Source of the DNA: Marsupella aquatica
Taxonomy: Eukaryota > Plantae > Marchantiophyta
Length of the DNA: 64,000 nt
Direction of reading: 5' to 3'
Assembly: GCA_973895155.1 (NCBI GenBank)
Contig: OZ316894.1
Span: forward strand, 8,704,234-8,768,233
Shown: one piece after another, positions 26,325 through 39,569 of the stretch
Position numbering within the stretch: the stretch's first letter is position 1
Layout of the letters: every line of letters begins with the position of its first letter
The notes under the pieces: generated by a model
Seen by the model: the letters and a program-made list of their open reading frames with translations, nothing else
Database searches by the model: none
What the model was told of the DNA's origin: nothing
Made by a program: the position numbers and the translations under genes

Positions 26325-26644
26325 TTTAGGTAACTCGTACCCCAATCCCTTCTGCATACATCGCGAAGGAGTGGAAGTGCAGGCGACCCGAGAGGGGGGT
26401 TTCAGCGCCGGTGCAATCGGGGGTGCGGGCTCGAGACGGGTGTGGATCTCAATAGGGACAGTCCTGGGCATATTTTGGGGACAGGTGCGGGAGTGCCATG
26501 GCCGAAATGGACGAGCTGCCCGAATGGTGTACGGACTGCCCAAAACCGTGAGCGAATGTAACCGCGACACTCGACACTATAATACCCTGTAAACCTTCCC
26601 TCTCGCCTCATTAATGTGCATCAATATTTGGAATCGCGCTGAAT
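26325..26644 (-). repeat. Right terminal inverted repeat of the MULE
   Basis: Inverted copy of 17011-17353. The ORF-track translations RTCPQNMPRTVPIEI and HTCPQNMPRTVPIEI appear on opposite strands. Confidence 0.95.
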
Positions 26645-27710
26645 TGATAATACCCCCATATGCGCAATATTAATGAGTGAGCAATTAATGAGGGCGGAAG
26701 CACACATGCGAACGCCCCATTCATCAATTCAATTTTACAAAACCTTCCTTGCGCCTGGCGCAGTCTTGGAGGAGCGAATCCGAGGCGGACAGGCGGTCCT
26801 GTGTGCAGTACCCGGCGCGAAGGTAATCATGACAGTTCTCCTTCGTTCGGTACTTCGGTTCGGCTGATTCAGCTGATACGGTACTCCGTATGCGAGTTTG
26901 ATTTGATCAGACGGTGGTCGGTCGGGTCCTCTTCAACTGTCACAATGTCATGGGGCCCTGGTGAGATTATTAGTAGTAGTAGTAGTAAGAGCGTGCTGCT
27001 GCATGCACGCGAGCAGAACGAGGCCTCGGCGAGATGAAGAAATTACGTACATGGTAGTCCGTTAGTCAGTGTAACTAGCAGTGACTCCCTCGGTGTCTCG
27101 GTGATCACATCGCCCGCACGCAAATCCCAGTAATAAGTTCGGCTGCCTTGGAATGCTGCACCTGCCTGCCAGGAAGGCTGAGGAAGCCAGGGAGGAGCTC
27201 AAGTGGAGCTGCGGGTGGTAGGTGGGAGAGGTCATGAAGGTACTGCCGCCCTGCTCTCTTGTGTGATACGATAGCCGATGGGACAGAGGGTGATCGAGCG
27301 ACGACGACAGCGAAGAGTCGTTCGGTCCCGGCTTTGCGGTGTGGGCACTTTCCTTTTCTTGGAGCTCAGCTGAGCTGAACTCTCGTACTGACATGCGACC
27401 AATGTCTCACACATCCGGTCGAAAGCTTTTTCTCTGTGGGATTGCTCGTTTGTCACATTTTCATATTTAGAGTGAGAAACCTTGGGGCGACGGAGGTGCA
27501 CGGTGCGAGCGACTGGACTCGCATTAACGACGAAACTGGCTGCTTCGTTGGGCACGGTGGGATTTGAATGGTAGTAGTTGTGTCGTTTTTTGTTGACATT
27601 CGTGGAGAGGTTTATGATTCACGTACTCTAGGCAAGCGGTGAGAGAACAGGGAGGCGAGGTGTCTTGGTATAATTATATTGGCGAAAGCGGTTCATCCTG
27701 ATTCTGCAAA

Positions 27711-30700
27711 ATGTATAATAAGTGGGGAGGAGATCCTGTACAATTGGACGGGTCAGTCTCTGACGATGACCGCAGCAGAGTGAGCAACACAGACATAGAC
27801 AGAGCCTCTGTGAAGAGTCTGGAAGAGACCCAACAGAGCTGGCTCCTTGGGGCCGGCGAGCAGAAGAAAAAGAAGGGAGTGGATCTGGGATGTATCATCA
27901 TCAGCCGGCGAATGTGCTGCGTTTTGTTATCTCTATTTCTGTTTTGTGGAGTCGTGGCTGGCCTCACAGTTCTCATTATCAAAACGCTTCCAAGGCATCA
28001 TACTCCCGAGCCCGTCGCTGACAACTACACTCAGGCCCTGCACAAAGCTCTCCTCTTCTTCGATGCTCAAAAATGTGAGTCTTTCGTCTGTCATACTTTC
28101 TCGTTTGTTCTCGATGCGTTGTTCACCCAGACTACAAGAGATAGTTAGCAGGTCGGAGAGCTTCCCTTCCGTTCGTTATCATACGTGGACAATCGCTTAA
28201 CATCCACGTAAGTTAGTACTTCAAACAGCGCATTTATAGGGAGTGGCCAACTGTTTCAGAGAGTCGAGAGTCTCGTTGGTCACCCGTTTGGCGCCTTGAT
28301 CAGTTTTCGTACCCGGTCATTCCCGTGAGGATGTTGACAGTCGTGCTCGAGGTGCAGTTGGCAATTTCATATTCTTACTGTCGTACTACCTGTCTTGATC
28401 TGCTGGCTCAAAATGTCATGAGAAGGGCCTGTAGGGATCATATCGTCATGTAGCAGAAGTTTCACAGAAATATTTCCCATCGTTAAATTTCGTTTGTGCT
28501 TGGAGCTCTTCGTTCCGTTGGTTCGGTCGAATGCGAAATGTTCAATGAATAATGCATGGGCGCTTGCGTCGTTCAGCTGGGAAGCTCCCTAAAGGTGGGA
28601 TCCGTATCCCTTGGAGAAGTGATTCTGGATTGAGAGATGGATTGGATAATCCAGGAGGTATAAGAAAGGATCTTGTTGGAGGTTACTACGATGCGGGAGA
28701 TACTATCAAGTTCACTTTCCCGGGCGCCTACGCACTGACGATACTGAGTTGGAGCGTTGTGGAATACAAGGCGAAGTACGTTGCACTCAAAGAGTATGAC
28801 CATGTCCGGGACCTCATTAAGTGGGGCACGGACTACCTATTCAAAACTTTTAATTACACGAATGTGAACAAAACAAGTATAGCATACATCTTTGCTCAGG
28901 TAAGTCTTCTCTCTTCGCCCATCGTGTTTATGCCTTCTTCAATCCTTTGAAAGGGTTTTCTGTTTTGCGTTGGGTTTTCTTTCTTGTTTATCTGTTCTGA
29001 AGAAGCTCGCTTTGATCGCTTCGTGCTTCTGCGTTCTTATAGCATTGGAACGTCTGTCTCACCTACAGTATAATTATCGCTAGAAACATTTTATGTCTTG
29101 AAAGCCAACGGGGAGTCCACTGTGAGTGTAGGCGGATGGCCAGGTTTTCTTCCTCAATAGAAATTTTATACGTTGCAAAATTGTGCTAGACGGAATTTTC
29201 TATTGAGAATGTTGGTCCTGGCACATGTAAAGGGGGCAATTTTCTGTGTAGGTTGGATCGGGATCTCAACCTACGGCTTCTCAGAACGATCACTACTGCT
29301 GGGAGAGACCGGAGGCCATTGACTACTCGCGTTACGCTTATTCTGTGAATGCCGGGCCGGACCTTGCTGGGGAAATGGCAGCTGCAATGGCAGCTGCCTC
29401 GATTGTCTTCAAAGATCAGACTAGCTACTCAAACAAGCTTTTGGCCGCTGCGAAGTCTCTGCTATTTTTTGCTGAAGACAAGGGCAAGCGTACTCGCTAC
29501 ACTGCTCAAATATCAGATCCGGATTCTCTTCGTTTTTACAACTCTTCGGGATATTGGGATGAATACCTCTGGGCCAATGCATGGCTATACTTCGCCAGCG
29601 GCAATGTTTCATATCTTTCCAGGGCGACAACTGCTGGCCTGGCTCGAAATGCCAATGCAGGCAATGTCGGAGCTCGCTTCTACGGTGTCTTAAGCTGGGA
29701 TAATAAACTTCTAGGTGCCCAGGTGAGACAGAACTACAGTGCACTACAACTGTGCCTCGAAGGATTCAATTGGCGGTCTTTTGATTAACAGTCCCTCTAT
29801 GCTGCTACTGTAGTTGGTCCACGTTCGTGCCCATTTCAGGACAGGAACGATGATTTCCGGCTAATATCGCGACTATGCGTTAGGTTCTTGACAATTTGTT
29901 GAGCCCTATCGTTGATTGTGCTTATAAGATATTAAATTCTGTTTGCTGCTAGGTACTCCTGACAAGGCTGAGACTCATGGAGAGTCCACCGTATCCATTT
30001 GAGGATCTTTTGAATCATTACAATAACGAGACCAATCTTGTCATGTGTTCCTACTTGCCTAAGTACAAGCACTGGAACCAAACTCGAGGTTAACAACTGC
30101 CCCCCCCCAACATTCTAGTCCTTTCAGCTAAGAGCATGGATTTCCATTGCCGTCCCTTTCATCTCTAGTGAAGGGACTTATGGTTCAACCATGCCAAGCG
30201 TTTCATGCGTGGAATTCTGTGTTTTCAGCATTTTCATGCGAGCGTTTTCGTAACCTGATGTGGAATTCTGTGTTTGACACAGGTGGTTTGACTCTTCTCA
30301 ATTATGGCCAATCCTCCCCTCTTCAGTACACTGCCACTGCAGCCTTTGTGGCCTCTGTATTCGCAGATTATTTGATAACTTCAGATATCCCCGTGTGGCC
30401 GTGTGGCCCCGAATTCTTCCCCGCTGAGAAGTTGAAAGAATTTGCCCGTTCACAGGTGTGTTTCCTGCCAGCATGCTCCTCAACTGTATGCCACGAGTAA
30501 ATGGAAAGCCCTCTTCGTCGTGCAATAATTGCACTAGCCATATTCGAAGGATTCGTCTTCTGTTGTACCCCTGCCTTCAGCATTTGGTTGCAATTCCATG
30601 GCTTGTCAAATTCAGGGGAGTCTTATCACATACTGTGATTTGTAGTCAGACAGGCTTCATGCAACGGACTTGTTCTGATCATCTTCGTGTGTGGGTTTTG

Positions 30701-31118
30701 ATTTCCACAGATGGACTACGTGCTTTGGAAAAACCCAATGAAGATGAGTTATGTTGTGGGCTTTGGGAAGAAGTATCCACAACAAGTGCACCACAGGGGT
30801 GCATCGATTCCCAATGACAAGACTAACTACGGTTGTACTGGTGGCTTCAAGTTCAGGGATTCACATGCACCTAACATCCACGTATTAAATGGTGCAATGG
30901 TTGGTGGTCCAGACAAGAACGACAAGTTTCTGGACAGGCGCAATAACTATACATATACGGAGCCTACCCTTGCTGGGAACGCTGGCCTTGTAGGGGCTCT
31001 TATTTCACTTTCAGAAGTCACTCCTGGTGGAGTGGATCGCAACACTATCTTTGCGAATCTTCCATCTATGTATATTCCTCCCCCTCCTCCTCCTTCCCCA
31101 TGGAAACCATCCCCATGA
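27711..31118 (+). CDS. KOR1: KORRIGAN-type membrane-anchored endo-1,4-beta-glucanase (GH9 subclass A), 624 aa, 6 exons
   Basis: Exons 27711-28074, 28577-28899, 29252-29722, 29953-30088, 30283-30455 and 30711-31118; all GT-AG and frame-consistent, 1875 nt in total. Motifs QQSWLLG..KKKK.VDLGCII, a TM helix, [33 protein letters not shown] and a Pro-rich C-terminus PPPPSPWKP. Confidence 0.97.
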
Positions 31119-32061
31119 AAAGGTCTATTGACCCTCTGAATCCATGATTTTTTCAATGAACAAGCATTGGTGCCGATTGCAACCGTCACGGAAGGCAATC
31201 GCGATAACAGCATCCTCATGTCTTTTGGGTGCCTATCCGATTCTCTGCTCGTCATAGACAAATTTTGGTTTTCTGTATAATAGGTCTGAGAGGACTCTTT
31301 GAACCGAAAGGTCGAATTGGATAGTTCTGAGGAAGGTTGACGTTCTGCTTCTGTCACGATGTCCTCTCTGTAGTGAACCAAAACAATCCTCAAGCAGGAG
31401 CAAACGTTGAATACTGCAAGTACTGAATTCTGACCTGTTCACTAGAGGAATGCAGCCATAGCTTGATAATCAATCAGAGATTAGCTCCTGTGTCAATTTC
31501 CAAGAGTCAATTTTGGTTTTATAGTTGTACATATTTGGTGCTTGATGATCGGACCTTCTAGACGGTCAGTAGCCCTTTGCCAATATATGGAGTCGGGGTT
31601 TTGACTTCCACATTCGTGCCCCTGTCCTTAGCATATCGACAAAATATTAGTAATTGCTAGGAGAGGAGTTATTGATACCCTGAAGGTTTCCTGCGACTGT
31701 AGTAGAACTAGTATGTAGATGTCACCTCAAGACTCAGTTTATTCTCATTGTAACGGCTCATGTCCAGACTGAAGCCTTTACACCGCACATCACATGGGGA
31801 TAATTTGTTGTTGTATAGCACGGGCAGTAAAGGACTTGTTATTCGAACATCTTCTTTGAAGAATGAAGTGGTGTGTGTAGGCAATGAATTTCTGTATCTT
31901 CCAACCGCCCCTTACATCAACGATTGGCACCCTGCAATGCTTTCAAGCATGTCCAGAAAGTAGACCTGGATCCAAGTGCCATTCTTTGGAAACTGGCATC
32001 TACATTGGGCCTAGCATTGTATTCCTGCTTAAAAGAGATAACAGATAGGATTTCTAGAAAG

Positions 32062-32174
32062 AACTGCCACTTGGGCAATTTTTACAGAAACAGAGAAAAA
32101 TTGGATTGGATTTTGAAAAAAAAACTGCCCCTTGGAAATTATTACAGAAACAGAGAAAAATTGGATTGGATTTT
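32062..32174. repeat. ~60-bp tandem duplication
   Basis: TTACAGAAACAGAGAAAAATTGGATTGGATTTT is repeated at 60-bp spacing. Confidence 0.8.
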
Positions 32175-32954
32175 TACAGAGAAAAACTCAGCGCGGCCTG
32201 AACTTTGAGCCTGGAATATATCTAAACGAATGTTGGAATGTAACAGCTTGGTTAGTTTGTAAAGCTTCCTCTCATCAGAGGAAAACCTCGCGTCACCACT
32301 CACCGCTTCTGTTCTGGCATGACGAATGACGAAAAACTTGGGCCCGGAAAATAAAGCTAAATGGTTATTTATTTAGGCGGCACTATTCCATGAGCCTTTC
32401 AAGAGAAGAGGGCACAGAAGGAGATTACGAGCTTTACATCTTATTTGAAGAACATCGAAAATGGTACTCTTTCCTTGGTTTCTTACTTGAAGAACTATAG
32501 AAAATGGTACTCTTTACTGACAATAGTGCTATGGCAGATTCCAAAGCTCAATCCTTCTGTAGTAATAATTCTTAGAACAAGGTAATTCTGAGTACCTCTA
32601 CCTACGATCTGCACAACCCTGTCACAAGACCATGAACTTGGTGTTCAGGGCGTAATATATGTTTCCTACCAAAAATGAAGAACTCATTGCTGGACAGTCC
32701 TGTCCGTTCCCAAGTGTTTTTCAATTGTCCAATATCTACAATAGAATCTTTACCTAGCAAATTCCATGTCATATTTTCCAAGACGTGCAGGCCAATGAAT
32801 TGAACGTAGGGGGACTAGACCTACTACCACCAGCAACATCTCAAGGAATCCTCAAGCAAGACCAAACTACCACCAGCAGCATCTCAAGGAAGAGGAAGCC
32901 AGTGGCAAGTTCTCTGCATCAGCTGTCTGAAGTAATGAGTGAATGGGCGCAGGT

Positions 32955-33135
32955 AGTAATAACTAGCCAGACTGGGAGCAAGTAGTAATAACTAGCCAGA
33001 CTGGGCGCAAGTAGTTATAACTAGCCACGGTTCTTTGAAAGTAAATAGAGATGAAGAGTCAAAAAGTGTTTAGAATAACTAGCCAGACTACCAGTTCTTT
33101 GAAAGTAAATAGAGATGAAGTCAACAAGTGTCTAG
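32955..33135. repeat. Compound short tandem repeats (~29-bp unit x3 plus a duplicated block)
   Basis: TAATAACTAGCCAGACTGGG recurs, and GTTCTTTGAAAGTAAATAGAGATGAAG appears twice. Confidence 0.7.
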
Positions 33136-34129
33136 TGCAAAAATGAAGTTCTCTAGGCTACTCTCATAAGTAAGAACCCCACTCTATTTACTCTAAAACC
33201 CCACTTTGAGAAATTTCCTATCAAAGGAAATTTGGTTATAGATGCCATATATTTTTATTCCAAGGGGAGAAAAAATAGCATAAGGACATTCTGTACTTAT
33301 ATCTTGGATGTCAACATGACATACAACAATAGTACCATTTGATAGTTATCATAAAATACTCCGCCAGAGAGCACACATTCTCCTCAATGTAAAAAATAAA
33401 TATCTTTTGCTTGTAGCATGGAACCATCCTGGAGCAACCAAAATGACGGGTCATAAGTGGAAATCAAATGCAAATACAAAACATCTAGAATGATGGAAAT
33501 GTAAAGAGAGAGAGGGGAATAAGCACTATAACCCTCTTTGAATGGATTCCAAGTGATACATGGATTGCAAATGCTCAAAGATGTGAAGACTCAAGTTTAA
33601 GGTTCATGCCATTGAAAAGGGGTTATGTTAGCTCATTGAAAGGAAATGAATGAAGAAAGAAAACTTTACCCATTAGAGTCCCATTTGATTATTGAGGCTT
33701 GGAGTAGACAAACCATTCTTCTTGGAGTAGATAAACCATTGGTGTGTAACTAAGAGCCCAAAGGATACGGTCACCCTCCCGTCATTATGCTATTGTCTCA
33801 AAATCTCACGGTATACAACATTCCTTTTGTAAAACTCATCTTTTCAATCAGAATATGCATCATTTCCTATCATTATGCAAATGTCATTTTGAACTCCAAC
33901 CCTAGATAGGTCAAACGTGCCATTGCAGCGAAGCTTAATCTTAGAAAATCAGTTGTTATACCTTTGGTAGTTGATGACATTCGTGAGTGAAAGGCTGAGA
34001 GACACTGGTTGCTGAATTAGTGAGGTGGGCACTGTTTAGAGGTACCTTGGAGTACCATTGGGTGCTGGACTATCTGAGGCACATGATCGTATTGCATCTG
34101 GTTATTCACTTGGTTTCTATGTTTTCTCT

Positions 34130-35900
34130 CATTTACTGGCCAACTTCTATTCGCAAACAGGTTCTACAGACTATCCCAGTCTATCGTATGATGTTCTTAC
34201 TTACGGTCCCTGTTGTGTTGGGTAATAAATTGAAAGCCCCTGTGTAGAAGAAGTTTTCTTTGGGGCACAAACACAGAGGGGGAGGAGAGGGGGTGGGGGG
34301 GGGGGGGGGGCGAAGAGAATCCCCTAGATGACAACCTTGGACAGTTTAGGCTCAGAATGGACCAAATTGTATGAGGAGAACCTGCAATTGACAAAGTGAC
34401 AAAATTATAGATCTGTGTGAAGGAACCACCAGTCTATGATGGACTTGATGCTACTTAGTACTCTCCATATTTCCTTAGGGGGATTGTAATGCACCGGAGA
34501 ACTTTGGGTGCCTGGGAACAAGCAAGAGATAATTTGGTTTTCCACCCTGATACCGCGGCTATCCCTGGGGACTGGGCAATGGAAGATCTAATACAATGTA
34601 TGATTAACTGTTATGACCTGCGTGAGGAATCTATAGTGGATATAACTTGGATCTGCGGCCGGTTAGAATCTGCAAGGTTTATGATTTTTTGTTCCCTGCT
34701 GAGATTGCTTGGAAGGATCTGGAAAATAAGCTACTTCATCTGAGAGAATTGCTAACTAGAAATAGAACCCTTTGCTTGTCTCTTATTGAGGCTATTCGCA
34801 AAACTGATTTTTGGGGAAGCAACGGTATCTTTCTGCCGGGCAATGGTGCTAGCTTGAAAAGGATGTTGTGATCAGGAGGTTCAGTCTATATAATTGCAGG
34901 GTGTATGAAATGCTTCAACCCAAGGGATCGGACCATCCCCAACTCTCGGGGTTTGACTTCCACAAAAATGGCACATTGATCACGTGTGACAAAAGATAAG
35001 GTCATTTTATTGATTCTGAGGGAAAACTTAAAACAAATTTTCAGAAGAACAATAGGGTCTTTTCAATAAGATTTTTGGAATATTTCAAAAATCTTCCAAC
35101 TTTATAGGGGTCAAAAAATACTTTTTTTCTTACATTTTAGGGGATTTGAGACCTAAAAGTATTGTAGGTGATGGGGAGGCCTCCATATATTGAGACCCCC
35201 GAGCCCTGATTACACAGGATCTGGGGCGTGATATATATGGAAAATTATCTGGAAAGCTGACTTTCTACCAAGGCAAAAGCACTTATTTGGAGGATCCTTG
35301 CTCACAGACTATTCCTTGATCTAGAGCTTTGAGAATTGCAAAGTTGACTGGAGTCTGTTTACATGCTCTTGGCCCTCACTCCGTGTGAAATAAATGAACC
35401 CCTTGCAACTGTGACCCCTTTCTGTTTACCCCTTGTTATTTTCATTTTACTATAAACAATTCCCTTGCTATTGACTATAATTATAATTTTTAGTTTTAAA
35501 TGAATAAAAATTATACTTGGGGCATTTGCACATCCTCTATATATTAATTAACACTGAGGGCCTAGGGTTATGCCCTGGAAGTATAGAAACTATTCTGCAC
35601 ATTTTTATAAACTGTAGACACACACATTGCTGAAGGGAAATTAACCCCAAAACTGGGTGAATTGTGGTATCATCGGCTGCAATCTGCACTTAGTGGATCT
35701 GATTCTTTCTGCTCTAGGAAAGAGTCCTCTAATCAAACTACAAATCTTTTTGTTGTACCGTATCTTATTATCCATCTGGAATGCATGTAATGGCCAGATC
35801 TTTGATTTGTCTAAAAATCATGCCTTTGATGAGCCACTTGAAATTTTGGAAGCCTTACATCACTTAGTTGCTATGGTTGCTGCAGCCGGTTTGACCCACA
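34130..35900 (+). mobile_element. Fragmented 3' part of an L1-type LINE ORF2
   Basis: Relic motifs KQVLQTIPVY...FLWG, WKIIWKADFLPRQK..WRILAH (zf-RVT-like), ETILHIFINC and SIWNACNGQIF occur in the expected order, interrupted by indels. Confidence 0.7.
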
Positions 35901-36013
35901 AGTACTTAAGGATCCTCATCAGCCCCGCTCTTTGTGCTCTCTTAAATTTTTAACTCTTGGGTTGGTTTTTGGGTGTGCTCGTATCTTAAGGGGTGTGCAA
36001 GGTTTTCTCTCTC

Positions 36014-36342
36014 TAAGCATAGACGACAATCGCAACGGTAAGCACATGACACATCCAACGTGCAAGTAGTCGACACAAGAGATACGTGATTCACCTCCTC
36101 GAGGCTACGTCCACGGGAACACACAAGAGAGCTTTACTGAACTCGATCTAAGCCCGTCGGCCATACCAAGTCTCCACAGTGTAAGCTCTCCTCATCTCTC
36201 AAGTGGATCCATAACAATGAGCCTAAGTTCCACTTATCCAAGCAAACATCGTTTGGCATATAGTGTGCATCCTAGTTACCCTAACCATGTCTTCGACTAC
36301 GGTTACATGTCATAACCCTAGACCTTGAGTAAATACCTAACA
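36014..36342 (-). mobile_element. Copia solo LTR, same family as 16392-16739, 3' end slightly eroded
   Basis: The reverse complement starts TGTTAGG and aligns by eye along the LTR (GAGAGCTT...CTTGGTATG...CAGTAAAGCTCT...TTCCCRTGGACGTA...GGAGGTGAA...TTGGATG...CGTTGC.ATTGT.GT.TATGCT). Confidence 0.8.
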
Positions 36343-39300
36343 CACACTAGGGGCACTCCAAGCATGAGAGATGTCCAACAAAGTGTAAGATGATAGTAAG
36401 CTCCAGATTCCCTTTCCACATACAAGCAATTACAAGCAGCTCTATGAAGGAATGGGAAGTCAAGTCCCCACTCTGGTACTCCTAAAAGCTGACCTGTCAT
36501 TTTTACCTTATAACAAACCCTACTTCCTCTGATAACCCATTGGGTACTATCAAGAGGGAATGGGGAGTTGAAAAGGCACGTGTAAGTGCTAGGCTATGAC
36601 CCTGGCCTCTAGTCTATCCTCTAATTTCTCTAGGGTAGCTCTCCCGTCTTCCACCTAGATAACACTTGGATTTTGAAGATTCTTGGGCTCAACCTTTCTT
36701 GGATTCTACAACTGGCACTTTCGCTTCACTCTACTTTTGTTTATCAGTTTTATGCAGGGCCCCCCTATGTAGAAATGTTGGACTGCAATATTGCCGTTTC
36801 CCCCCTCTACTGAATTATGACAACCTTATAACAGAATCCTCAACCCTTCCAGAACTTTGTCCTGGAATCTTTTTGGCAAGGTTTTGGGACACATCCCCTT
36901 TGCTGGTAGATTCAAGCTAAAGAGATAAACTGGTAAGGAGTTCAATATCTATGGCTGAACAAACCAGTAATGTCACAGAAACAACAAAAACAGCTGAAAG
37001 ATAATTGCAGATCTGACCTTTCAACAAAACAACCACTATACTATCCACTTAAAAAGCTCAACATACAAGGGGTAGGTGAGGCGATAGTGAGGAATATCAT
37101 TGTAGTCAAGGTCAACATTGAATGGAAGGAATAAAATATTCCTCCATGTTGCTTTACTATAATTTAGGGTGCCTTTTCAGTTTTGTCATAACCTGTTGTC
37201 AAGTTAACTAGCTGCAATGGTATATACTTCCCCAGAGTGGACACTCAGTTGTCTCAAAAAAACAATCAACAACTCACAGGTAACATGCAATAATACTTAA
37301 AACAGGACTAAAAACAGACAAAGGAGCTGACAAGGACCAAATAATCAAACATTTTTCTGGGGCTCATGATTGCAGTCTAAAAGTTAAAGTATGCAGTAAC
37401 GTGCATCCACAGTGAGCATCAGGTCACTGCAGTGGGCATGTGACATTGACATTTTGAGGGGGAGCATTTTTACGACGGCCAGTCTATGTGTCGATTTGCA
37501 TTCGATACAGTAGTCCTCGAAATATTAATTAATTTTCATTCTAAAAAACAACTCAAGATCAAAATATTGTGAAATAAAAGCCTGGATGGACACACACATT
37601 GTCTTGGATTGGGTAAAGCAATTGTTGCCCCTACACCCAAAAGAAAAAAGAACTGATAGAGGATTGCACTTGACTACTATGACTATCTTGGGGAAAGTAC
37701 TCAAGATTTCATGGTGACCCTAAGTAATGACATGACAATTTTCAAGTTCAAGGTTATCAAGTAGTCAAGTTAGTGAGTAAACTGGTTTGGTAATGTAATT
37801 GACACCAGCTGCAAAAGGTAAGGAGACAGTTTACAAGTCACATTTCAGTAAAAAATGTAACAGTGTTATCTGAGTTAAATTAAATGTTCTGAGCAAGTAC
37901 ATTCAACCTTTTCCAGTCCATCTGGGTTTCATAGACAAAGTGGATCAGAGCTTTAGTTTCAAATATTGTTCTCCTTTTTCATATTTACAAAACAACGTTC
38001 TTACTATTTACATACATGACAAAATTCTTTCCACCCTCCTTGCCAACCCAAACAAACCGCCAATCACCTATCGTGATAGACCCCACAAGTTTTTGGCAGT
38101 AGGGCCCAATAGTTATTGGCTTTTTGGGTGAACCGAGATGGCACTAGTGTAACTGAATTGACAGAAGTACTAGACGTAGTCTGGGTCCATCATGTTGCAC
38201 CATATATGAAAAGAAATTTACTTTTCTCAATTTTCTCGGTTTTAGCAAAAATCATGAAAAATATTACAAACACTGATAGCTTAATGTTTCATTAACTTAA
38301 TAAATAAATAATCTTAAATTGTTCCTTGTTGCATGGCTTACAATTCTTCCACTCTCACACCTGAGAGATAATTTGCTCACACCAACAAATATGAAGACCA
38401 ATATTGGAAATTGGAGTTCAAACTTTCCATCGTCTTAGCCTTCACTTCATTGCTATTTTCGCTGACAGTTGTCTGTACAGTGTCTATTGGGCCTCGCTAT
38501 TGTACTGCTTCCTGGAGGTTATTCTATGGTGTTGATTTCTTCTAGTTTTGTGTACCTCTTGTAATGCTAGACACCAGAGAAACTTTAGGGGTGGATGCCT
38601 TTATTGTGATCACTGACAAGTTTAAGGGGAGAATATCTACTGTAAGTGATCTTAGATGGGGATGCATGTGGATAAATGCACCAACTGAAAGACACTTGTG
38701 GGAGCTAAAAAGACCTGGAGTCTTTAGGGTTTTGCTAGTGTCCACAAAGACTCAGAGTGAGTCTCTACATGATATTGCTGAAGATATATTTGAGGGTGAG
38801 TTTACAAGACATGTGACAATGAATGTGGTCTGACACTAAATCTGGATCTTATAATGTGTGGGGGAAGTTTGCTTTACAAGGACTCAGAGGTTGGATATCA
38901 CATTGCCAAAAACCAAAGCAAGATGGCTTTATAAGAACTCAGACGTTGTATATCACACTGTCAAAAATAAAACAAAAAACCCAAACCAGACAATAAGGCC
39001 CCAAAGGCAATATACCCAAAAAAGGAGGGAAAACACAGAAAACAACACAAGAAGGCCAAAGGTCAGTAGTGTGACCCATCCTACATGGCAAGTAGTGGAC
39101 CATGAAAATGTTAATGTGGACTGCTTATTTTGTGTCTAGAATTGTAGACCACTTTCACAGGTGATATCAGCAGTTCCAAACTTGAAAGGATTTGCATTTA
39201 TTACGGACCCCCATGAGAGGTCTCTTGCAAATTCCCTGCCACGAGGTTGCGCCACATCACCACAACTAGCCACAAACACGAATAATCCTACTTTTAACAA

Positions 39301-39569
39301 TAACAAACGTGCACATTCTTGTTTGTGGCAAAAGCAACGTAATTTTTGGGGCGCCATGCCGTAAATATTGAACGTAAAAAAACCAAAATAAAAAAGGGAG
39401 ATATGTCATTTAGTAAAATAAAATTACCATTTTGATGTTTGTCAAAGATATATCAGTGTTTTATATCAAAATGCTTGTATTTTTAAATTTTTTACAAGCT
39501 TGAAAAAACCAACCAATAGAAATGTACATAGTTAAAACCCCTTTGGCTTCACATTGTAAAACTAAATAA

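Larger units (their letters stand above)
17011..26644. mobile_element. Full-length Mutator-like (MULE) TIR DNA transposon with two convergent genes
   Basis: Long TIRs at both ends, both starting ATTCAGCGCGATTCCAAATA. Flanks TGGTAATA (17003-17010) and TGATAATA (26645-26652) give a 7/8 TSD match. Contains a DDE/SWIM transposase on the minus strand and a second gene on the plus strand. Confidence 0.92.

Noticed and set aside
27062-27555. Minus-strand ORFs upstream of KOR
   Set aside because: They overlap the probable KOR promoter/5' UTR and show no coding signature.
38520-38840. 89-aa plus-strand ORF
   Set aside because: No motif support. The minus strand weakly resembles a LINE zf-RVT relic, too degenerate to call.
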